Of a stretch of DNA of 32,618 nucleotides, positions 1-7,408 are shown in pieces. The translations under genes and the position numbers were made by a program. Every line of letters starts with the position of its first letter. The first letter of the stretch is position 1. This stretch comes from Neisseriaceae bacterium. Lineage in GTDB: Bacteria; Pseudomonadota; Gammaproteobacteria; Burkholderiales; UBA11063. A model generated the notes under the pieces. It searched no databases, had not been told where the DNA came from, and worked only from the letters and a program-made list of their open reading frames with translations. The stretch lies in the NCBI GenBank assembly GCA_947441745.1, contig CANEUJ010000001.1:1-32618 (forward strand). The letters run 5' to 3'.

Positions 1-94
1 CTGTTTCATTAACCTAGGTCATCCCAAACAAGAACTTTTTGCTGTTTCATTAACCTAGGTCATCCCAAACAAGAACTTTTTGCTGTTTCATTAA
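1..94. repeat. Perfect 41-bp tandem repeat, ~2.3 copies visible, cut by the window edge (unit CTGTTTCATTAACCTAGGTCATCCCAAACAAGAACTTTTTG)
   Basis: Positions 1-41 and 42-82 are identical; 83-94 (CTGTTTCATTAA) starts a third copy; no spacers between units. Confidence 0.95.
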
Positions 95-152
95 GAGTTT
101 GGGATCCATGCCCTAAAAAGGTTCTAATGCAAGAGCATGAATCTAAGCCTAC
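61..152 (-). repeat. Dispersed structured (REP-like) element, copy 1
   Basis: Shares colinear blocks CAAACAAGA, TGCTGYTTCA, AGAGTTTGGRATCCATGCCCTAAA, GCATGAATC and GCCTAC with 25190-25266; contains two inverted repeats. Confidence 0.8.
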
Positions 153-222
153 TGCTTTGATAATGAATAACCCCTTTAAATACTTGAGATAGTTATGGGA
201 TCACACACATGAAAGATAAATT

Positions 223-903
223 ATGCAACAAAAAATTCGTCATATAAAAAGCTTTGTGCTTCGCCAAGGTAAAATCACATCTGGGCAATTAAATGCCATT
301 AACACTCTACTCCCAAAATACGGAATAAAGTACCAAACCACACAAGTTGATTTGGATGCTGTATTTGATAGTAAAAAAGATAAAATAATTGAGATAGGTT
401 TTGGAATGGGTGCTGCAACTTGGCAAATTGCCAAACAAAACCCAGACTATGACTATCTTGGGATTGAAGTACATGGCCCAGGCGTTGGTACACTTCTGAT
501 GTCTATGGTAGAACATGATGTTAATAATATCCGAATTATTCAACATGATGCTATTGAAGTACTTAAAGATATGATACCTGATAACTCCATTACTGGATTT
601 CATATCTACTTCCCAGACCCGTGGCACAAAAAGAAACATCATAAACGTCGGATAATACAGCCTGAATTTATAGATCTAATATCTAGTAAACTAAAACCAA
701 GTGGCTATATTCATCTAGCTACTGACTGGGAACATTATGCTCTTTACATGTTGCAAATACTAAACCAAAACCCAAAGTTGCAGAACCAATCAGCAGATAA
801 TACGTTTGTAAAACGCCCTTCATACCGCCCTTTGACTAAGTTTGAACAACGCGGAATAAACTTAGGGCATGGAGTATGGGATTTAATATTTTTAGCTCGA
901 TAA
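223..903 (+). CDS. trmB: tRNA (guanine-N7)-methyltransferase
   Basis: IKSFVLRQG N-terminus, EIGFGMG SAM motif, GIEVHGPG, FPDPWHKKKHHKRR, HLATDWEHYA, RPLTKFEQRG. Confidence 0.97.
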   Translation: MQQKIRHIKSFVLRQGKITSGQLNAINTLLPKYGIKYQTTQVDLDAVFDSKKDKIIEIGFGMGAATWQIAKQNPDYDYLGIEVHGPGVGTLLMSMVEHDVNNIRIIQHDAIEVLKDMIPDNSITGFHIYFPDPWHKKKHHKRRIIQPEFIDLISSKLKPSGYIHLATDWEHYALYMLQILNQNPKLQNQSADNTFVKRPSYRPLTKFEQRGINLGHGVWDLIFLAR

Positions 904-2196
904 CAAAAACTCTTTTAATGCAGCAAAATTATTTTTAACTTTAATACTAAGTTTTTGTTGCTCCATAGCGTGTTGGAGACTAACTGGCATAGTGATTTTT
1001 TCGCCTAAAATTGATTCAATATCTTCAAAAAATTTAGCAGGATGTGCCGTTTCTAAAAAAACACCATTCACATTATTTATATTACTCTCAGATAAATAAT
1101 CAGTTAAGCCCAAATAAGCCACCGCACCATGCGGGTCAAGAATATAATGAAATTCACTATATACTTTTTTTATTACAAGCCTAATTTCATCATCAGTATA
1201 ACTTCTACCAATAATATCTTGCCTTATTTTAGTAATATCATTAGAATAAAACTCACTTAAACGAATAAAATTGCTCGGAGTTCCTACATCCATAGCATTA
1301 GCGATTGTTTTAATTGATTGGCGAGGACTATAAACACCAGTATCTAGATATTGTGGAACTATATCGTTTATATTGGTACTTGCTATAAACTTAGTAACTG
1401 GTAGTCCCATTTTTTTGGCTATTATTCCGCCACTTAGATTACCAAAATTACCGCTAGGAACAGATATTATTAGAGGTTTATTGGGTAATTGACTATAAGT
1501 ATAAAAATAATAAATTGACTGTGGTATCAACCGACCTATATTAATTGAGTTAGCTGAAGTTAAATTTAATTTTTGGCATAACTCATCATCTAAAAATGCT
1601 TCTTTGACCATTCTTTGACAATCATCAAATGTTCCATCAATCTCAAGAGCTGTAATATTATTACCTAGAGTAGTTAATTGTTGCTCTTGAATTTCACTAA
1701 CTTTTTCACTTGGATATAAAATAGTGATTTTGATATTATCCATATTAAAAAAACCCTGAGCAACAGCACTACCTGTATCTCCCGAAGTTGCCACCAAAAT
1801 ATTGATGCTATTATCTGTATTACGCCGTTTCAAATAATAAGACATTAGCGATGCCATAAAACGTGCCCCAAAATCTTTAAATGATAGTGATGGGCCATGA
1901 AATAGCTCTAAGACATAAATATTATCATGAATATTTTTAACTGGAGCATCAAAGTTAATCGCCTCATCAATAATTAGTTTTAAATCTGTAGCACTTATAT
2001 CACCCCCAATCAAAGTACAACATACTATAAAAGCAATATCTTTTAAAGAATAATTAGCTATATTTTTAAAAAAAGTAGCATCTAATTTGGGAATATTAAG
2101 AGGTAAGAATAAGCCACCATCTGAAGAAAGCCCCCGAAAAAGTGCTTCTTCCAAACTTATATTAAGTGATTTATTATTTGTGCTATATAATTGCAT
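892..2196 (-). CDS. thrC: Threonine synthase
   Basis: DGGLFLP, ELFHGPSLSFKDFGARF (PLP lysine), ATSGDTG, SANSINIGR, VPSGNFGN, ETAHPAKF; last gene of thrABC. Confidence 0.97.
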   Translation of the reverse strand: MQLYSTNNKSLNISLEEALFRGLSSDGGLFLPLNIPKLDATFFKNIANYSLKDIAFIVCCTLIGGDISATDLKLIIDEAINFDAPVKNIHDNIYVLELFHGPSLSFKDFGARFMASLMSYYLKRRNTDNSINILVATSGDTGSAVAQGFFNMDNIKITILYPSEKVSEIQEQQLTTLGNNITALEIDGTFDDCQRMVKEAFLDDELCQKLNLTSANSINIGRLIPQSIYYFYTYSQLPNKPLIISVPSGNFGNLSGGIIAKKMGLPVTKFIASTNINDIVPQYLDTGVYSPRQSIKTIANAMDVGTPSNFIRLSEFYSNDITKIRQDIIGRSYTDDEIRLVIKKVYSEFHYILDPHGAVAYLGLTDYLSESNINNVNGVFLETAHPAKFFEDIESILGEKITMPVSLQHAMEQQKLSIKVKNNFAALKEFLLSS

Positions 2197-2207
2197 AAGG
2201 ACTCCAT

Positions 2208-3149
2208 TTAATCAATAATCTTTACACCATTACTATTAATTTTAGATACATAAGTTTCACTTAATAACTGAGCAGTTGCAGCAGATTCCTGCATTTTAGC
2301 AACAACTTTTGTAGCGACTGCTTGACTATTACTAAGAGCAAATATAGCAGGGCCAGAACCAGAAATGCCAACACCCAATGCTCCAGCTTCAAGTGCAGCA
2401 TTTTTTATATCATAAAATCCAGGTATTAATTTAGCCCGAAGTGGCTCAACTATAACATCAGTCAAAGAACGAGCAATCAATGCATAATCATCAGACATTA
2501 ACCCCGCAATTAATCCTGCAACATTGCCCCATTGAGTAACAGCATCCGTTAATTTAATCATTGGATTTAGTATACCTCTAGCTACCCAAGTATTTATTTT
2601 AATATTAGGGTGTATAATACTACAATATAAATCTTTAGGGGTGTTAATTGAGATAACATCCAAAGTATCCAAGGGATGGCTACTTCTAATTAAAGTAAAT
2701 CCACCAAATATCGCTGGTGCCACATTATCTGCATGAGCAGAACCACAGGCAACCCTCTCTCCCTCCATTGCAAACATTACTAACTGGCGTTTGGATAAAT
2801 GACAATCAAGAAGATGGTTTAGTGCTACCACACCTGCAGCACTACTAGCAGCACTTGAACCAAGTCCACTACCTAAAGGCATGCGCTTATGTAAAACTAT
2901 ATCAACACCTTGATTACTATTTAGGAATTTTAGCATATGTAAAATAGCAACACTAACCGTGTTTTTTAATGGGTCAAGTGGTAATTGCCCATCATCTCCA
3001 GTTATTTCTAAAATCCTCACAGTAGAAGTTGAATTAAGGCTAAGAATTACTTCATCCCCAGGGGCATCAACAGCAAAGCCTAATATATCAAATCCACAAG
3101 TTACATTAGCAACTGTTGCTGGAGCAAATACTTTTATTGTTTTTTGCAT
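2208..3149 (-). CDS. thrB: Homoserine kinase (GHMP type)
   Basis: PATVANVTCGFDILG, PLGSGLGSSAAS GHMP loop, HADNVAP, ISGSGP; lies between thrA and thrC. Confidence 0.96.
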   Translation of the reverse strand: MQKTIKVFAPATVANVTCGFDILGFAVDAPGDEVILSLNSTSTVRILEITGDDGQLPLDPLKNTVSVAILHMLKFLNSNQGVDIVLHKRMPLGSGLGSSAASSAAGVVALNHLLDCHLSKRQLVMFAMEGERVACGSAHADNVAPAIFGGFTLIRSSHPLDTLDVISINTPKDLYCSIIHPNIKINTWVARGILNPMIKLTDAVTQWGNVAGLIAGLMSDDYALIARSLTDVIVEPLRAKLIPGFYDIKNAALEAGALGVGISGSGPAIFALSNSQAVATKVVAKMQESAATAQLLSETYVSKINSNGVKIID

Positions 3150-3158
3150 AATTTTATC

Positions 3159-5621
3159 TTAATTCTTTAAATAATTACTAATAGCAATGATTTCAGCAAA
3201 TAAACCTGAAGCAGTTACCTCAGCACCAGCACCAGGGCCTTGAATAACCAATGGTCTTGTGAAATAACGCTCTGTCGTAAATGAAATTATATTGTCACTA
3301 CCAGATAATGAATAAAATGGATGTGCTGAATCTATCATAGCAAGATTAATCGAAGCCACGCCATTTTCATATTTCGCTAAGAATCTTAATACCTTACTTT
3401 CTTTTTCTGCTTGTATTTTACGAGCCTCAAAAATATGATTGTTACGTTCTAACTCAACAAAAAATTCATCAACAGTATTTGCTTTATAACAGCTCTCAGG
3501 TAAAATATTTTCTTTGATAATATCAGATATCTCAATATTAGCACCAACTTCACGGGCTAAAATAAGTATTTTACGAGCTACATCATTACCATTTAGGTCT
3601 TCCCTTGGATCTGGTTCAGTATAGCCATTTTCTTTAGCTTCTTTAACTACGTCACTAAATTTTTTGTCTCCAATGAAATTATTAAAAATATATGAAAGGG
3701 TACCTGAGAGAACCCCCTCAATTCTAATAACTTTATCACCACTTAACTTAAGGTTTTGTAAGGTATTTATTACTGGTAATCCAGCACCGACGTTAGTTTC
3801 ATACATAAATTTACCAGCGTTTTTTGTCGCTATTTGCTTTAATTCTATGTAGTCAGTATAAGAGCTAGAATTTGCAATTTTATTTGGCGTAACTATTGAA
3901 ATAATAGACTCGAGTATTGATTGATAATGAGTAACAATATCTTTATTACTAGTACAATCAACAAATACGGTATTTGGCATATTAAACGCCTGCATAGTTG
4001 CTACCATTTTGTTGATATTTGCTTTGTCCGTACTATCTTTTAAGCGATCTGGCCACTTATTTAGATCAATTCCATTTTCATCAATCACCATAGTCTTACT
4101 ATTCATCAAACCAATTAGATTAATATTTAGGTTTTTTTCTTTAAGTAAATATTGTGAATTTTGCTCTATTTGCTTAAGTAGTGTACTACCAATTAATCCA
4201 GTTCCCACCATAAATAAATTAAGAGAACGTAAATCAGAATCAAAGAAAATATCATGAGTAACATTAAGTGCTTTGTGTAGATCTTTGCTCTCTATAATTG
4301 CAGAAATATTTAACTCCGAAGCTCCTTGTGCTATAGCAATGATATTTATCCCGTTTTTACCTAAGCCAGAGAAGAATTTACCTGCCAAACCAGAATGTTT
4401 ACGCATTCCTTCCCCAATTATGGCTATTACCGAATAATCAGTTTTAGCAGCTACTCTATCTACATGCCCATTGATTATTTCATGATCAAACTCTTCGTTA
4501 ACTGCAATAGCCGCTTTCAAACCATCATTTGCAGCCACAATAACACAAATCGAGTATTCAGAAGAGCCTTGGGTTGCCAAAAGAACATTGATATTTTTTT
4601 GAGCAATTGATCTAAACATACGCCCCAGAAAGCCAGGTAAACCCACCATTCCAGAACCTTGAATCACTAACATCGCAACAGTGTTGATTGATGAGATCCC
4701 TTTAATTAGATAGTTATTATATAGACTAGTTTGTTCACTTACCAAAGTACCTGGATGATCATGCTCTAGAGTGTTTTTTACTAATAATGGGATTCGTTTT
4801 TTAAAGACTGGCTGTAAGGTTGGTGAATAAATTATCTTGGCACCAAAATGGGATAACTCGATTGCTTCCTTATAACTAATATTTGGTACGGTAAAGGCTT
4901 TTTTTACGTATTTAGGATCAGCTGTCATAACACCATTGACATCAGTCCAAATTTCAATAGTATCAGTATTAATTCCTGCTCCAACTATTGCTGCAGTATA
5001 ATCAGATCCACCGCGTCCAAGTGTCGTAGTTTCATTTTTGGAGTTTGAAGCGATAAACCCAGTTACTATAGGAACAAAATCAAATTGTTTGAAGAATTCT
5101 TGCAGATTATTATTAGTTTTGGCGAAATCCACTTTCGCATTACCAAAATTTTCATCAGTTTTGATTAAACTACGTGAATCAATAAATTTAGCCACAATAC
5201 CATGCTGTTGTAAATATTTGGTAATTATCGAACACGATAATACCTCACCAAAACTAAGTACCAAATCTTCAGAGCGGAGAGACATTTCTTTTAATAAAAA
5301 CACACCACGAAGAACATCGCCTAACTCATTAGTAATTTGCTTTATTAGTGCATTAATACTTTCGTGTTCCGCACTATTTATAATTGAATTAGCAATTGTT
5401 ATATGCCTATTCTCGATTTGATTAAGCAACTCAATATACTCTGCATCGCCAGTAGCCGCAATTTTACCTGCTTCAAGTAGTTTATTGGTAATACCTGATA
5501 ATGCTGAACAAACAACAACAATCTTCTCTTGTGCAGTTAAATTTAATTTAATAATATTTAAAACATTATTAAGTGCTGGTGTGGATCCAACAGAAGTTCC
5601 ACCAAACTTTAAGACCTTCAT
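3159..5621 (-). CDS. thrA: Bifunctional aspartokinase/homoserine dehydrogenase
   Basis: MKVLKFGGTSVG, TTLGRGGSDYTA, WTDVNG, two ACT domains, GTGLIG, YETNVGAGLP, GYTEPDPREDL, GPGAGAEVTA. Start moved from the track's TTG at 5648 to the ATG at 5621, which follows an AGGGA RBS. Confidence 0.96.
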   Translation of the reverse strand: MKVLKFGGTSVGSTPALNNVLNIIKLNLTAQEKIVVVCSALSGITNKLLEAGKIAATGDAEYIELLNQIENRHITIANSIINSAEHESINALIKQITNELGDVLRGVFLLKEMSLRSEDLVLSFGEVLSCSIITKYLQQHGIVAKFIDSRSLIKTDENFGNAKVDFAKTNNNLQEFFKQFDFVPIVTGFIASNSKNETTTLGRGGSDYTAAIVGAGINTDTIEIWTDVNGVMTADPKYVKKAFTVPNISYKEAIELSHFGAKIIYSPTLQPVFKKRIPLLVKNTLEHDHPGTLVSEQTSLYNNYLIKGISSINTVAMLVIQGSGMVGLPGFLGRMFRSIAQKNINVLLATQGSSEYSICVIVAANDGLKAAIAVNEEFDHEIINGHVDRVAAKTDYSVIAIIGEGMRKHSGLAGKFFSGLGKNGINIIAIAQGASELNISAIIESKDLHKALNVTHDIFFDSDLRSLNLFMVGTGLIGSTLLKQIEQNSQYLLKEKNLNINLIGLMNSKTMVIDENGIDLNKWPDRLKDSTDKANINKMVATMQAFNMPNTVFVDCTSNKDIVTHYQSILESIISIVTPNKIANSSSYTDYIELKQIATKNAGKFMYETNVGAGLPVINTLQNLKLSGDKVIRIEGVLSGTLSYIFNNFIGDKKFSDVVKEAKENGYTEPDPREDLNGNDVARKILILAREVGANIEISDIIKENILPESCYKANTVDEFFVELERNNHIFEARKIQAEKESKVLRFLAKYENGVASINLAMIDSAHPFYSLSGSDNIISFTTERYFTRPLVIQGPGAGAEVTASGLFAEIIAISNYLKN

Positions 5622-5664
5622 GTTTATTTCCCTAATTAAATTCTTCAATCCTATTGCGTACTCT

Positions 5665-5693
5665 ATGATACCACATATTATGTATTAACTCAA
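5665..5693 (-). promoter_or_regulatory. Putative sigma70 promoter of thrABC
   Basis: Minus strand TTGAGT-N17-TATCAT with a TG extended -10 (TGgTATCAT), ~45 bp upstream of the thrA ATG. Confidence 0.55.
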
Positions 5694-5777
5694 TACAACA
5701 AACCTGAGGCTAAATTTAGGCTTTGTGGGGACAGGATACAGGCTCAGATAAACAAATTTTTCAATTATATAGACCCA

Positions 5778-5786
5778 TGATATAAT
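5778..5786 (+). promoter_or_regulatory. Putative extended -10 promoter for DUF1841-tatD-nusB-dnaG
   Basis: TGaTATAAT consensus ~20 bp upstream of an AGGAG RBS (5806-5810). Confidence 0.5.
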
Positions 5787-5816
5787 ATTGTTAAATATAT
5801 TAAATAGGAGAATATT

Positions 5817-6251
5817 ATATTTAACCCTAGTCAATCTGATGTGCGAAATTTCTTTTTTGATATAATAGAAAAAGCAGAATTAGCTACGCCACTTAGCGAT
5901 CTTGAAAAAATCGCATATAGTGTTATTTTAGAACATCCTGAGTATAAATCAATTCTTACTAATCGCAATAAATATCTAGATTATCAGTGGACTATCGAAA
6001 ATGGGGAGACTAACCCATTTTTACATTTAAGTATGCATATGAGTATTATAGAACAACTCTCTATTGACCAACCAAATGGAATTAAAGCATTATATAATGA
6101 GTTATGTAGTCATTTTAAAGCACCTCATACAGCAAGTCATGAACTAATGGATTGTTTAGGGGAGATGCTGTGGCAAGCTCAATCAAATCATAGTGCACCT
6201 GATATTAGTATATATTTTAATTGTATTAACCAAAAACTTGGTAAAAGCTAA
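5817..6251 (+). CDS. DUF1841 family protein
   Basis: LEHPEY, GETNPFLHLSMHMSIIEQLSIDQPNGI and HELMDCLGEMLW are typical DUF1841 motifs. The frame extends upstream of the GTG at 5841 to give (I)FNPSQSDVRNFF, matching the usual MFNPS..VR.FF N-terminus; the start position is uncertain. Confidence 0.88.
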   Translation: MFNPSQSDVRNFFFDIIEKAELATPLSDLEKIAYSVILEHPEYKSILTNRNKYLDYQWTIENGETNPFLHLSMHMSIIEQLSIDQPNGIKALYNELCSHFKAPHTASHELMDCLGEMLWQAQSNHSAPDISIYFNCINQKLGKS

Positions 6252-6937
6252 TGTTTTGCTATGATGCACTATGCCATTATGAGGCAAATATTAAGCCAAA
6301 CAACCTAACAATAATAACTACTACAGATTTTAATAATATACCAAAACTTGCTACACTTAGAAATCAATACCCAAAAGCTAAAATCGGATTTGGCATCCAT
6401 CCCTGGTTTGTACAAAATAATTCTATAGAAAAATTAAAGTCTCTAATAACCCAATATAAACCAGATTTTATTGGTGAAATTGGTTTGGATTATTTGCATC
6501 CCAAAGCTAAATTACAACAAGAAATATTTATTACTCAACTAAATTTAGCAAAGGAGTTTAATTTACCTGTGATAATACACTCAGTTCGGGCGTATAATGA
6601 TGTACTGAAGATATTAAAAGCATATAACCTTCGCGGAATTATCCATGGATTTAATAGCAATGACCTCATTGCTAAAGAATTTACTGTGCTTGGATTTTTA
6701 CTAGGCATTGGAAATAATATTAGCAAAAACTCCAAAATAGCTCGGAATATAAAAGATATTGGTATGAGTAATCTAGTATTTGAAAGTGATGCCCCATTTA
6801 GCTCATGGTTTAATAAAAAAGTATCGACAAGTGATGATACTTTTTTATATGCTCAGATGGTTGCCAACAAATTAGATATTAATCTTATAGATTTAATTGA
6901 ATATAGTAATAGTAATCTTCAAAACTTATTTAAGTAA
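6251..6937 (+). CDS. TatD family metal-dependent hydrolase/DNase
   Basis: GIHPW, IGEIGLDY, PVIIHSVRA, GIIHGF, ESDAP; TAATG-coupled to the upstream gene. Confidence 0.9.
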   Translation: MFCYDALCHYEANIKPNNLTIITTTDFNNIPKLATLRNQYPKAKIGFGIHPWFVQNNSIEKLKSLITQYKPDFIGEIGLDYLHPKAKLQQEIFITQLNLAKEFNLPVIIHSVRAYNDVLKILKAYNLRGIIHGFNSNDLIAKEFTVLGFLLGIGNNISKNSKIARNIKDIGMSNLVFESDAPFSSWFNKKVSTSDDTFLYAQMVANKLDINLIDLIEYSNSNLQNLFK

Positions 6938-6971
6938 TATAGTAAAATCATTGGATACAGAAAGAACAAAT

Positions 6972-7388
6972 ATGAATAAAAAATCACCCCGCCATTTGGC
7001 ACGAAGCCTTGCTATTCAAGGACTATATTTTCATAAACTCAACAATACCAATCTTGATGAAATTGAAGATTTTTTAAGTAAAAACTGTTTTGCTATTTAC
7101 CCGATATCAAATTATGAATTAATGCATTTCTTACTTGATCAAGGTATTACTAAATACGGTGATATGCTAAAACTTTATACTCCACATCTTAACCGCACTA
7201 TTGATGAAATAAACCTTATTGAACAAATTATACTAGTTATTGCTGCTATTGAATTAACTAATAACCCAAGCGTTCCTGCCCCAGTTATCATTAATGAATC
7301 AGTTGAACTAGCAAAACTCTATGGAGCTGAGGAGTCATATAAATTTATCAATGGTCTAGTTGATAAATTAGCTCGCGATCTAAGATAA
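6972..7388 (+). CDS. nusB: Transcription antitermination factor NusB
   Basis: KSPRHLARSLAIQGLY, VPAPVIINESVELAKLYG, YKFINGLVDKL. The ATG at 6972 is preferred over the TTG at 6897, which overlaps tatD. Confidence 0.93.
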   Translation: MNKKSPRHLARSLAIQGLYFHKLNNTNLDEIEDFLSKNCFAIYPISNYELMHFLLDQGITKYGDMLKLYTPHLNRTIDEINLIEQIILVIAAIELTNNPSVPAPVIINESVELAKLYGAEESYKFINGLVDKLARDLR

Positions 7389-7408
7389 TAAGGTACCATA
7401 AATTAATT

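Noticed and set aside
1-94. CRISPR array
   Set aside because: The units are identical and directly abutting with no unique spacers, and no cas genes are present in the window.
5622-5816. thrL-type leader peptide
   Set aside because: No Thr/Ile-rich short ORF on the minus strand and no terminator with a U-tract between the predicted promoter and thrA.
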